Assembly (NCBI GenBank): GCA_951406725.2
Contig: OX597830.1
Span: 10,540,001 to 10,604,000 of the forward strand
Length of the DNA: 64,000 nucleotides
Reading direction: 5' to 3'
Source: Octopus vulgaris
Lineage: Eukaryota
The notes under the pieces were generated by a model. That model was given only the letters and a program-made list of their open reading frames with translations. It did no database searches and had not been told where the DNA came from. Shown here piece by piece: positions 26,790 through 39,349 of this stretch (positions are counted from its first letter, which is position 1; the number at the start of each line of letters is the position of its first letter). A program made the translations under genes and the position numbers.

Positions 26790-27273
26790 TGGCCCGTTTA
26801 AAAGTACCCTTCAATCGTCAGGCAATATGCTGTGCTTGAGAAGACCTGTTGAGTTAAATGAAATTGTTGATGTGGCCAATGCCAGTGCCACCTGACTGGT
26901 TCCCATGCTGGTGGCACGTAAAAAGCACCATTCGAGTGTGACCAATGCCAATGCAAGTGGCACGTAAAAAGCACCATTCAAGCATGGTTGATGCTAGTGC
27001 TGCCTTACAGGCTCCTGTGCCAGTGGCATGTAAAGAGCACCATTCGAGCATGGTCGATGTCAGTGCCACGTCACTGGCTCCCATGCTGGTGGCACGTAAA
27101 ATGCACCCACTACACTCTCAGAATGGTTGACATCAGGAAGGGCATCCAGTAGTAGAAACATTGCCAGATCAGATTGGAGCCTGGTGCAGCCTCCCAGCTT
27201 GCCAATCCTCAGTCAAATCGTCCAACCCATGCCAGCATGGAAAGCGGACGTTAAAACGATGATGATGATGATG
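26790..27273 (+). mobile_element. RTE-type LINE 3' UTR copy
   Basis: Repeated gtggcacgtaaaaagcaccattc units; ends gcatggaaagcggacgttaaaacgatgatg. Confidence 0.75.
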
Positions 27274-27358
27274 AACAGCACAAGAGCTGACACCATGTAA
27301 TTTGCAAAGACTAAGCATCCCCTTCACTAAGGGAAGGTATAGTAAGCAGAGAGACAGC

Positions 27359-27755
27359 TTTACTCTTTTACTTGTTTCAGTCATTTGACTGCGGCCACAC
27401 TGGAGCACCGCCTTTAGTTGAGCAAATCAACCCCGTGACTTATTCTTTGTAAGCCCAGTACTTATTCTATCGGTCTCTTTTGCCGAACCGCTAAGTGACG
27501 GGGACGTAAACACACCAGCATCGGTTGTCAAGCAATGCTAGGGGGACAAACACAGACACACAAACATATACACACACACTTATATATATACATATATACG
27601 ACAGGCTTCTTTCAGTTTCCATCTACCAAATCCACTCACAAGGCATTGGTTGGCCCGGGGCTATAGCAGAAGACACTTGCCCAAGATGCCATGCAGTGGG
27701 ACTGAACCCGGAACCATGTGGTTGGTTAGCAAGCTACTTACCACAGCCACTCCTG
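27359..27755 (-). mobile_element. SINE family A, near-identical to 18933-19338
   Basis: Shares diagnostic gcaatgctagggggac, aaggcattgg and ggttggttagcaagc. Confidence 0.85.
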
Positions 27756-29524
27756 TGTACTAGCTTTATAGCTAGTGTTGAGATTTTGAAGTGTGTGAGG
27801 AACAGGAACCTGTTTCTTGCTCTTGAGGAGATACACAGCTATTTCACTATCTACGTGGTCTGATCAATAAATATCCAGACTGTTGCCATAGTAATGTTGC
27901 TAAAGCACACAGAGTGAAGCCGCTTGACACAGATTGACCTTGGACCTTCCCCTGCAGACCCTCCTTGCAAATACCAATCTCAATGATTTTAGTAAATATC
28001 TGATCAAATCTTTCCCTTTGGGTAAAACAACACCCTGACAGCCCTTCCCTGTAGGTACCAGTCACATTAACATCCACTCTCTGAGTGGTTGGCGTTAGGA
28101 AGGGCATCCAGCTGTAGAAACTCTGCCAGATCAAGATTGAAACCTGGTGCTGCCATCTGGCTCGCCAGCCCTCAGTCAAATCGTCCAACCCATACTAGCA
28201 TGGAAAGCGGACGTTAAATGATGATGACGATGATGACTAAGCACCTGTTTAAACCCTTTCTTTTAGTGTCACAGTTCAATGAAGGACCTCTCTCCGAGCC
28301 TCAATCGCTCCGACTTCACAACACTGGGGACTGGGAAAACCTGCAAAGGTCCTGAGTAATGCCTATGAAAATCTTACACAAACAGAACTCCCTTTTCCCT
28401 CTCCCCACCACTCGCCGTCAAAAGCTGAAACCAAAGTCGACCCTGAACTTCAGTAAAGCTGTGTGTTATGGTTATAAATTGGAATGTTTACAGTAAAGTT
28501 GACAGTCAACACATTCTTTTGTTGTTGACAGAGCTTTGTTTAAATTAAGGATGACATCAAGCACTCACCAAGGACGTTTTGAAAGGTCACATGTGTATCC
28601 GTGTTTCACAAGTGTTTAGTTCAGGGCTGACACCTGAGAATCATCTTAAATGTCACAGATATTCCTTTACGCAACAAATAATATTCCAGACACCACCAAG
28701 ACTTTCTACTATCAGCTTATAGACATTCCTTTACACTTGATAATCTAACGCTAAACATTTTGTGGGGGAGGGGATGTCGTAACAAGATTTTGGAATTGTT
28801 TGAAAGAAAAATTATTAAAAAAATATATCTTCAAGAATATTCTGGAAGACTGTACATCCGTTCTTTATGACTAATTTTTCTCCAAGGTTTACAGATGGCA
28901 TCAAACATTTACCACATGTGTTCTTCAGATTTATCTTTAAAATACAAATGGTGGTGGTGGTGGTTGTAGCGGTGGTGGTGGTGGTGGTGGTGGAGGTCGT
29001 GGGTGGCAGTTGGGTGTGGTGTTTAGTCTTGCAATCATATTGGGTCGTTGTGACACAAGTGAAGACCCGGACTTTGTGTATAAGCTTAATAAACGCATAC
29101 GCTGTAAATATCTATCATATTATCATAAACCTTGAGGAACATGAAAGGGAGCTGCTCTCAGCGCTGACAGTCAATGAAGCACTTATCGATTTTACAGCGC
29201 GGCCCCCGCTTATCATATCATGCCCAGGAAACTTCTTCATCACCCTATGGTCAATTCTAAAAATCCAAATAAAATAATCTTTTCTAATATAGGCACAGGG
29301 CCAATAATTTTAGAGGAGGCAAATTCCTTTATGTTGTCCCCTTACTGCTCAACTTATATTTTCAACCCTAAAAAAATGGAAGGTGAGTTTGACCCCAGCA
29401 GGATTTGAGCTCAGAATGTAAGGAACTGTAAGAAATGCCACCAAACAATTTGTCTGATGTGCTAAAAAGTCAGCCATCTTGCTACCTTAACTCTTTAAAG
29501 ATCCTCCCCCCACCTTCAGTCATA

Positions 29525-29985
29525 AATGCCAATAGGATTGCACCTAGAAAGTTCCCCTCCGAGGCACAAGTCCGGAGGGGCCTCCCCTTTTCATGCTACC
29601 AATGTTATCCAAGGGAAAGGCAAAGGCCGATACAGCTCGGCACCAATGATGTCGCAACTCATTCCTATAGATGAGTGAACTGGAGCAAAGTGAAATAAAG
29701 TGTCTTGCTCAAGAACACAATGCAGCCCGATCCAGGAATTGAACTCACTATTTCATGATTCTTTTCTACTCTAGGCACAAGGCCCAAAATTTTGGGGGTG
29801 TGGGGTCAGTCGATTAGATCGACCCCAGTACGCAACTGGTACTTGGTGTATTGACCCTGAAAGGATAAAAGGTAAAGTCGACCTCGGCAGAATTTGAACT
29901 CAGAACGTAAAGACAGACAATATACCCGAACTCACTACTTCATGATTGTGAGCCCGATGCTCTGACCACTGAGCCATGCTTCTTT
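29525..29985 (-). mobile_element. tRNA-derived SINE with a nested family B SINE (29761-29927)
   Basis: 20-bp TSD gaactcacta(t/c)ttcatgatt at 29741-29760 and 29928-29947. Confidence 0.75.
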
Positions 29986-30035
29986 ACTTTAACTTTTACA
30001 CATCCAGATTACCTGGTCAAAAGTAGTGCTTGTTT

Positions 30036-30814
30036 ATTACCTCCGCTGTAATAAAGGCAGAGATATTGTTTCCAGTCATGTTTGTCTGTTTGTCCATGGA
30101 CAAGATATCTCAAGAACCACTGGATGGATTCGGATGAAACTTTCAGGGATGTTAGGCCTCATAACTGGCACAAACTGATTAGATTTTGGGATCGATCTGG
30201 TACTGAACAAGGATTCTGGATTATTTTTCCTGTGTTTTTTTTCCTGGTTTTTTTTATAGTTTTGAGAGCGGTTGGGTTCATTTTTAGTATTCTCGTTTGT
30301 GAGCACAGTCAAGTTTATTTCAAAGATTCTCATTTTAAAAATCATTTCTGGCTAATCATTGAGAGCACGTTGGTGTTGCCTTGGCGGAGGTTTGTGCTCT
30401 CTGAGTGCACTTGTTATTACTAGTATCACCTCTGCCTTTCACCTCCGCCTTAGCGAAGGCAGAGGTATTGCTTTCAATACCTCTGCCTGTTTGTTTGTTT
30501 GTCCATGGACAAGATATCTCAAGAGTCGCTGGATGGATTTGAATGAAACTTTCAGGGATGTTAGGCCTCATAACTGGCACAAACTGATTAGATTTGGGGA
30601 TTGATCCGGTACTGGACAAGGATTCTGGATTATTTTTCCTGATTTTTTTTTACTTAATTTTTCAGAGCATCCAGGTTCCTTTTTAGTATTCTCATTTGTG
30701 AGAACATTCGAATATCTTTCAGATATTCTCATTTTAAAATTCATCTCCAGCTAATCGTTGAGAGGATGTTGGGGTTGCCTTGGCAGAGGTTTGCACTCTC
30801 TGAGTGCTCTTGTT
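30036..30814 (+). mobile_element. Two tandem copies of a non-autonomous Helentron/HINE-like element (~30036-30415, ~30442-30814)
   Basis: Each starts acctccgc...ggcagag, has subterminal inverted ggc(g/a)gagg and a 3' stem-loop-like gc(a/t)ctctctgagtgc before ttgtt. Same family at 20283-20637 and 57470-57645. Confidence 0.6.
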
Positions 30815-31025
30815 GACATTGTTTTGAATCCATCATACATTGTCATATAGCTTTGAGATTTTAGCAAGGAAACTTAATTTTTAGAATGAAATTGTAGGGT
30901 TGGTGTGAGAGGCCTGACCTGACCAGTCTAAACCTAAAACAAGAAGAAATATTTTGGTTGGATATGGCTGGTTTAGGCTGGATATGGCTGGTTTAACTGC
31001 TAAAAATAACAAAACAGAAACTTAC

Positions 31026-31284
31026 CATGCTTTTTGTAAATGGTCTGACAAAGGTAAAAAGCAATTTATAGAACCACCAATTCCTTGCTAATTGAGAACT
31101 CATCATATTTCCAGGATGTAAGGCATTGGTAGCGACACCTAATGGCAAGAGGCGTCGGTTGAGCTCATTAGAAAAGAGGACGTTACAGAGTTTTGAGTTA
31201 TTGTAGGCCTTCATATGAGAGTAGTGACTCTGTGGTGGAGAGAGTTCGTCTTCGGTCATGTTTTCTGTGGTCAAAGAAGCAAAT
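31026..31284 (-). CDS. WWOX: WWOX internal exon (259 nt) with catalytic YxxxK, equivalent to human exon 8
   Basis: (R)[91 protein letters not shown] at 31191-31205; acceptor tttttAG, donor GTaag, phase 0. Confidence 0.97.
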
Positions 31285-31464
31285 CTAAAAAGAAAGAAAG
31301 GATATCGTAAATATCAAAGATATATAGGCACGGGTGAATGGTGAAGACATCTGCTTCGCAACCACATGGCTCTGGGTCAAATCATACTGTGTGGTATCGT
31401 GGACAAGAATCTTATATTGTAGTTATTGTGTCACATAATGATAATAATAATAATAATAATAATG

Positions 31465-31507
<43 letters not shown>

Positions 31508-32119
31508 CGGCAAAATGCCACTAAACATTTAACCCAGCATGGTAACGATTCTACCAGCTTGCTGCCATAAATAATAATAATAATAATAATAATATTAATG
31601 AGGATTTCAAATTTTGGCACAATGCCGGCAATTTGTAGAGGAGGGGAAATCTATTACATTGGCCACAGTGCTCAACTGGCACTTATTTTATTGAGCCTGA
31701 GAAGGACAAAGTAGACTCTGGTGGCACTTGAACTCACATCATAAAGTTGGTTTCAAATTTTGGCACAAGGCCAGCAATTGCAGGGGAAAGGGTACATTGA
31801 ATTACACTGAGCCCGGCACTTATTTTATCAACCCCGAAAGAATGAAAGACAAAGTCGACCTCTGTAAAATTTGAACTCAGACTGTAAAGTCTGACAAAAT
31901 ACCGTGAAGCATTTCACTCAGTGTGCCAACAGATCCCCACCTTAATCAGTTGGAAAATATGGAGAATTAATGGGAAAAAAAGTGCATTAAGAAATCATTG
32001 TGCAGGCACAGGTGTGGTTGTGTGGTAAGTGTTTAGGGTGGCGAGCCGGCAGAATCGTTAGCATGCTGGGCAAAATGCTTAGTGATGTCTCGTCGGTCTT
32101 TACGTTGTGAATTCTGTCT

Positions 32120-32465
32120 TCTTTTCTCTCTCTCTCTTTCTGTATGTGTCTCTCTCTCTTTCTCTCTATCTATCTATATATATATATATATGTCTCACTG
32201 TCTTTCTCTCTCTCTCATATGTGTCCCTCTCTTTATATGTCTCTCTCTCTCTCTGTATGTCTTCCTCTCTTTCTCACTCTCTCTCTGTATGTGTCTCTCT
32301 CTTTCTTTCTCTCTTTGTATATATGTCTCTCTCTTTCTCTCTGTCTCTCTCTATATATATCTCTCTCTGTATGTGTCTCTCTTTCTCTCTCTCTCTCTCT
32401 CTGTATGCGTATGTCTCTCTCTCTTTTTTCTCTCTCTGTGTCTGTCTGTCTCTCTCTCTCTCTCA
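32120..32465. repeat. (CT)n-rich low-complexity tract, followed by a GA-rich tract to ~32860
   Basis: Directly visible; a (TCTA/TCTG)n tract lies at 49645-50080. Confidence 0.9.
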
Positions 32466-33278
32466 TTGTCATACTGAATTGATAGGGAGAGGGGAAGGCG
32501 GAGAAAAGAGAAGAGGAAAAATAGTTAAAAAGGGAAAGCAGTATTATTAGATGGTAATGGGGAGGAGGAGGAGGGGAAAAGGAGAAGAAGATGAGGGGGA
32601 AAAAACAAGAAAGAAATTAGGGAGGGAGAGAAGAGAGAAAAGGAAGGGAGGAGAAAGGAAAACAAACAAGGAAGATGAAGATGAAAGAGGGAGAAAAGAA
32701 AGGAAAACAGGGAGAGAAGTGAGAGGCAACATTATAAACAAAAAGGGAGATAACAAAGCAAAAAGACAGGAGGAGGAGGGAGAACGTACAAGGAGGAGGA
32801 GGAGGAGGGAGAGGAGACAAAGAGAGAGGGTAAGAGAAATATATAGGGGGGAAGGTGGGGGTGGGGAACTAAGACCTTAATAACAGGAAATCCCTTGTTT
32901 TGTTTATTATTATTATTATTATTATTGTGAATTTCTTTCTATTTTTTGGGGGTTTTTTTTAAATGAAAGCCATTTTTTTGGGTGTTGTTTTCTTTCCCCA
33001 TTCCCTGTGCAATAAACAAATGGCCCTTTATTTCATAAACAGCTCCAGTGTCCAGGGTACGGTTACTTACTTATAGACAACACATCAAGATATTGGCAAC
33101 TCAAGAACGGTGAGACTTTAGTCTTTGAGGTTTAACTGTCAACAGAATTAGATGCAGAGCTTTTTCCTGTTTAAATCTTTCTGCCTTTTTTTTGCTCTTT
33201 GACAATATTATTTTTCATGTTTTTACATTTTTATTGTTTTTAAATTCATTTTGTTTTTGTCTGTTTTTATTTCCTTAA

Positions 33279-33321
<43 letters not shown>

Positions 33322-33367
33322 GTTGATGTTAATATTTCTCTCCTCCTTCTTCTTCTTAGTATTATTA

Positions 33368-33408
<41 letters not shown>

Positions 33409-33587
33409 GTTGTTGTTGTTGATGTTAATATTTCTCTCTTCCTCCTTCTGCTTAATATTATTATTATTATTATTATTATTATATAATAAAATCCAATAAA
33501 ATAAATTGTAGATAGGTACTGTTGTTGTTTGTTGTTATCATTATTATTATTATTATCATTATTTGGTGTTGTTGCTTAGCAGTATGC

Positions 33588-33623
<36 letters not shown>

Positions 33624-33629
33624 CATTAT

Positions 33630-33834
33630 TTGGTAGAATCGTTGCTGTGCCGGGCGACAAAATGCTTAGCGGTATTTCATTTGACTGCTATGTTCTGAGG
33701 TCAAATTCTGCTGAGGTCGACTTTGCCTTTCATCCTTTAAGAGTCAATAAATTAAGTTGCATACTAGAGTCGATCTAATTGACTGGCCCACTCACCCATA
33801 AATTTTGGGCCTTGTATCTAGAGTAGAAATGATG

Positions 33835-33872
<38 letters not shown>

Positions 33873-34320
33873 CATTATTATTATTAAGGCAGAATTGTTG
33901 GCATGCTGAACGAAATGCTTAGCTGTATTTCATCTGTCTTTACGTTCAGAGTTCAAATTCTGCTGAGGTCAATTTTACCTTTCATCTTTTTAGGGTCAAT
34001 GACATAAGTACCAGTTATATACTGGAATCAATGCAACTGGCTTACCCCAACCCTTAAACTTACTGGCTTTATGCCAAAATTTGAAATCATTATTATTATT
34101 ATTATTATTATTATCATTATTATTATCATTTATGTTGTTATTATTATTATTCTGAATTCAAATTCCACCAAGGTCGACTTTACCTTTCATCCGTTCAGAG
34201 TCAATGAAATAAGTACCAGTTATACACTGGGGTCGATGTAATTGACTAGCCCCCCACCCCCACCAACAATTTCAGGTCTTGTGCCTATAGCAGAAAGGAT
34301 TCTTCTTCTTCTTCTTCTTC
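33630..34320 (+). mobile_element. Three family B SINEs inserted in (ATT)n tracts
   Basis: Consensus matches separated by ATT repeats. Confidence 0.75.
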
Positions 34321-35127
34321 TTCTTCTTATTATTATTATTATTATTGTTATTAGTGGGAAGAATCATTAGAGCACCAGGAGAAATGCTTTGCATTATTTT
34401 TTCCCTAATTCTTTAACCAAACAGTTTCATTCAGAAGGCATTACTTGACCCAGGGGTTATAATAGAAGACACTCGCCCAAGGTCCTGCAGAGTGAGTGGG
34501 ATTGAACCCAAACACGACATGGTTACAAAGTAAGCTTCTTATCCACACAGCCATGATCGCATCTATAATCTTGGTTAAAAATGCCAAAGAACACTGGCAA
34601 TGGATGGGATTGAACTCACGATCTCCAGTTAAAATGTACCAAGATTTATCTACCTAGTCACCCTGAAATCACCAAAAGTAATAATAATGTGCTGCACAAT
34701 AAATAGATTTAAGCAAAAGGCTGAGTGCAGTAAAAGAAAACAATCAATAAATAAAATTTTTAAAATAAAATAAAATAAATAAATAAATTTTAAAAAATGC
34801 CCTTCAGGTATTTCAAAGCTGTTTTGTCATATCAGAAACTCCCCGGCTTTGCATTATCAATCTGAGAGCTACTCTGTCTTTAATCATGATAACGAGTTTC
34901 TCAATTAGATAAGGTGATGCTTTTCAAGCAAGTTCACAGTTAAGTGCCTATTACGAGACTGAGGCCTTCGTTAAGTTTAGAGACTCAAGGCTAATTACTT
35001 AACATTACTTGTTGAAGACTTTATGTCTAATTAAACATACCCGGAAGGAAACCGAGTTTGTTCGGTTTATTTATGCAGATATTTATTTATTTATTTATTT
35101 CATTGTTTCAAGATGGAGGTGACTTAC

Positions 35128-35313
35128 CTGTGTGACTCAGAAGACACTACGACAACTCTGGCAGGTTTCGAACTAATCAGAACATCTTTCAACAACATCG
35201 TCAGGTAGAAGTGAGCTAAGTGGTTTACTTGGAACACGGTTTCAATGTTATCTTCGGTAAGAACATGTGGTAGTCCGAACACACCAGCATTGAGGATCAA
35301 AATGTGTAGGGGC
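35128..35313 (-). CDS. WWOX: WWOX internal exon (186 nt), equivalent to human exon 7
   Basis: (W)[61 protein letters not shown](R). Acceptor ttcatAG, donor GTaagt; phase joins TG|G=Trp and AG|A=Arg with the neighbouring exons. Confidence 0.97.
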
Positions 35314-35412
35314 CTATGAAAGAGAGCAAAGAGGAAAAGATCGTTTTCTTCATGCACCTGTGCAGCTATATATACATGCATATATAACAGTGGCAGATGT
35401 GTTTTATACATA

Positions 35413-35573
35413 GGTGCAGGCATGGCTGTGTGGTAAGTAACTTGCTTCCCAATTACATGGCTCTGGGTTCAGTCCCGCTGCATGGTACCATGGGCAAGTG
35501 TCTTCTAATATAGCCTCGGGCTGACCAAAGCCTTGTGAGTGAATTCGGTAGACAGAAATTGAAAGAAGCTTGT

Positions 35574-35614
<41 letters not shown>

Positions 35615-36505
35615 TTGTGTGTTTGTGTTTGTCCCCCTCCCCACCAATGTTTGACAACCGATGTTAGTGTGTGCTGGCCACACGTAAAAAGCACTCTGTC
35701 CACTCTGCAAAGTGGTTGGCATTAGGAAGGGCAGCCAACCACAGACACCATACCAAGTCAGTCAATAGAGCTTGGCTTTATTGTCCACCCCAGGCCATCA
35801 TCAAAAACAGATGTGGAATGATGATGCTTAGGTGCAGGTGTGGCTGTGTGCTAAGACGTTTGCTGCCCAACTACATGGTTCCAGGTTCAATCCCACTGCA
35901 TGATCTCTCGGACAGACCAAAGTCTTGTGGGCAGATTTTGGAAGACAGAAACAGAAAGAAGCCCATTATGTGTGTGTGAGTGTGCGTGTGTATTTGTGTG
36001 TTTGTGTTTGTCCCCCCACCGTTGCTTGACAACCGATGTTGGTGTGTTTATGTACCCATAACTGAGCAGTTCAGCAAAGAGATCAATGGAATAAGTACTA
36101 GGCTAACAAAGAATAAGTCCTGGGGTCGATTTGTTCGACTAAAGGTGGTGCTCCAGCATGGTCGCAGTCCAATGAGTGAAACATGTAAAAGAATAAAACA
36201 ATATATCTTTTATCTTTTACTTGTTCAGTGGCCATGCTGGAGCACCACCTTGAAGGGTTTTAATAGAACAAATTGATCCAAGGACTTAATTTTCTTTAAA
36301 ACCTAGTACTTATTTTATTGGTCTCTTTGGCAAGCCACTAAGTTACAGGGACATAAACACACCAACACCGGTTGTTGATTGATGGCAGTAGTGAAGGACA
36401 AACACAAACTCAAAGACACACACACACACACACACACACATACATACATATAATGGGCTTCTTTCAGTTTCTGTCTACCAAGATCTGCACACAAGACTTT
36501 GGTCT
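35413..36505. mobile_element. SINE family A cluster (+35413-35670, +35830-36198, -36207-36505)
   Basis: Consensus matches; the last two lie tail-to-tail about 10 bp apart. Confidence 0.75.
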
Positions 36506-37056
36506 GTCTGAGATATCATGCAGTGTTCGCTTCTTGGGCATATTTTTATTAATTTTTTTTGGTGAGGAATATTTCCCAAAGAAATATTCCAGCATCAGGT
36601 GGTCACAAATGCTTCAAACCATTTAGGACCTGCCTCCTTCGACTTCTTTCCATTGGTGCTACAGCAAATTCAACCAATTAAAGCTGGTTGCAGATTAATG
36701 CAAACAGCAGCTTCAGCCCAGCAGGGTTGCATACCATTTGCAATTCAGTCAGTGGAAGGACATGGGGTGACCAACACAGAATTTTCTTCACTGTGAACGG
36801 CTCCTAGTTTCTCACTTCAACTTAGCATCACGGACACATTTCACAGTCCAGTTCCCTCAACGCAATTGATACCATGAATAATTCTTTCTCGTCCCAGCTA
36901 GCACAGACCAACTAACCATTGCTAGCTTATCACGGCTTACAACTTCTCATTCATGTCTACATAGGTTACTTCAGCTTCCCTGATCACATACATTCACATA
37001 CATACATACCCTACATACACATACAAGCCTCAACTCTCACTACATCTCTGCAATTG

Positions 37057-37489
37057 TGGAGGCATTTGGCCTAATGTGTGTGTTTGATTGTGTATTGTTG
37101 TTTTGACAATCTGTCATTGTTATGAATATTATTCTCAATATTCTGTGAAAACTTGTCTGGTCATGGAAGAAAGATTATGTTATTGTGTGCACGTGCATGT
37201 ACATGTCATCATCATCGTGAGCAGTGGACTCACGGTCGAGGGATCACAGGTTTGAATCACAAACCAGGCAATGAGTGTGTTTATGAGCAAAACACCTAAG
37301 CTCCACACGGCTCCGGCAGAAGGTAATGGCGAACTTCTTTTGCCACAACTTTCTCTCACTCTTTCCTCCTGCATCTTGCAGCTCACCTGCGATGGACCGA
37401 CGTCCTGTCCAGGTGGGGAACCTATATGCCAAGGAAACCGGGAAACCGGTCCTTATGAGCCAGGCATGGCTCGAGAAGGAAAGAAACAG
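37057..37489 (+). mobile_element. Family C-related SINE with 11-bp TSD; head interrupted by a ~140-bp insertion
   Basis: TSD ctctgcaattg at 37046-37056 and 37490-37500; head tggaggcatttggcctaa resumes as gagcagtggactcacggtcgagggatc after 37218. Confidence 0.8.
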
Positions 37490-37851
37490 CTCTGCAATTG
37501 GACACTTATCCTTGTTGCTACTTACTAGCACTTCTTCTTTAACAAATAAATCACAAAGTTATAAATTCTTTTCTATTCTAGACACAAGGCCCGAAATTTT
37601 TGGGGAGGGGGACCAGTCGATTAGATCAACCCCAGTATGCAACTGGTACTTAATTTATCAACTCCGAAAGGATCAAAGGCAAAGTCAACCCCAGTACCTG
37701 TGTGTGTGTTTTTTTTTAAAGTCTGGTACTTATTCTATCAGTCTTATTTTGCCACACCGCTAAGTTACAGGGATATAAGCCTACCAATACAAGCTGTCAA
37801 GCAGTGGTGGGAGACTAACACAAAACACACAAACACACACACATATATATA

Positions 37852-38270
37852 TTCTTTTATTCTTTTACTTGTTTCAGTCATTTGACTGCAGCCATGCTGG
37901 AGCACCAGCTTAAAGAGTTTTAGTCTAAGAAATCAACCTCAGATCTTATTCTTTGTAAACCTGGTACTTATTCTATCAGTCTTATTTGCCAAACTGCTAG
38001 GTTACTGGGATGTAAACCCACCAAAACAAGCTATAAAGCAGTGGTGGAAGACTAACTAAAAAAAAACACACATTCATACGCACACAAACACACACATACA
38101 TACACACATATATACGACGGGCTTCTTTCAGTTTCCATCAACCAAATCCACTCACAAGGCTTTGGTCGGCCCAAGGCTATAGTAGAAGACAGTTGCCGAT
38201 GGTGCCATGCAGTGGGACTGAACCCAGAGCCATGTGGTTTGGAAGTAAGCTTGTTACCACATGGCCACGG
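37852..38270 (-). mobile_element. SINE family A
   Basis: Consensus match. Confidence 0.8.
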
Positions 38271-38470
38271 TGCATGTCAGGCAATAAATGGTTGTAAAAT
38301 CTGCTTGTTAACTGAAACTAGATTAAAGACCAGAGGGGCATGGCTAGAAAGTCTTTGATCATAGGTTAAATGAATCAGAGGTGATCAGAGGTCAAACAAC
38401 AACAAGAACTAAGACAACAACAACAAGCATAACATGACACTGGAAATTGTGTAAAGATGCCAAAATTTAC

Positions 38471-38666
38471 CATTTCCGACATTTGTAGGTTTCAGAAAAA
38501 TATCGAACACTTTTCAAAGATGCCAGGTCTAAAGGCATCACTTCGACTTTGGCTATTGGCCTCTCATCAAGAATCTTCTGACATGCTTCATTAGCAGACT
38601 CCACGTTGCGGCAAGCTAATATTACGAAGGCACCATGTAAAGCCAGAGAACGCGCTGTTTCAAAAC
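38471..38666 (-). CDS. WWOX: WWOX internal exon (196 nt), start of SDR domain; equals human coding exons 5+6 fused
   Basis: Translates (G)[64 protein letters not shown](W), matching human [21 protein letters not shown]...LDLA. Acceptor tttttcAG at 38667-38668, donor GTaaa at 38469-38470, phases 1/2. Confidence 0.96.
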
Positions 38667-38771
38667 CTGAAAAAATATGCAAAAAACAAAACATAAATAT
38701 AGTAATAATAATAATAATAATGATAATAATAATAATAATAATAACAATAATAATAATAATAATAATAATAA

Positions 38772-39330
38772 ATGCCCTGATGCAATACCAGGCAGTGGCT
38801 CTCATGGCTTCTGATCTTAACTGATTGGAAGTGTTATCATGTACATTGTTTTGTCTTTGTATAAAAGATGGGCTACAGCAAATATTCTGCTCAATACCAC
38901 AGATTTGCTTGTCATTCGATTGACCTTAACCAGTTGAGCATACTGTTTGGTGGCTGATGATATGTGCATCTCTGATCACGAGCAGAAGTAGTGGGGGAGC
39001 ATCATAGCCATGTGTTGAGAGGGATTCTTTGGGGTTTAAATAATTCACCTCTGGAAACATGGGTGTTTCATTTAACACCCTTAAACAACCCTTATTCATG
39101 GACCATTTGAGCGGGATGGGCTACTCGACAAGAAGAAAACTCTAACTGGGCCCCACCTGCAAGGTCATGTGCTGTTTATCTTCATTTGATGTCATCATGT
39201 CACGCAAATATAGTTGTGAGGCTTGTGCCTGGTGTACCCTTATCAGACGGGTAGTCATGATGGGTATACTGGGCTTCGTATATTTTACCCCAGTGTCACT
39301 TTGATGGCATGCACTGCTCTCTCACTCAAT
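38772..39330 (+). repeat. Interspersed repeat ending in (AAT)n; partial inverted copy at ~48105-48235
   Basis: 3' end ccccagtgtcactttgatggcatgcactgctctctcactcaataataat is reverse-complemented at 48105-48150; embedded in AAT tracts. Confidence 0.6.
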
Positions 39331-39349
39331 AATAATAATAATAATAAAT

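Noticed and set aside
29989-31008. piggyBac-like MITE split by the two Helentron-like copies
   Set aside because: Plausible from memory of similar repeats, but TIRs and TTAA sites are too eroded to verify from this window.
32551-32880. Arg/Glu/Lys-rich ORF
   Set aside because: Purine-rich low-complexity sequence antisense within an intron.
36510-36990. Possible LINE or nested-gene fragment (GCIPFAIQSVEGHG)
   Set aside because: Only a weak motif resemblance; no extended homology or splice structure.
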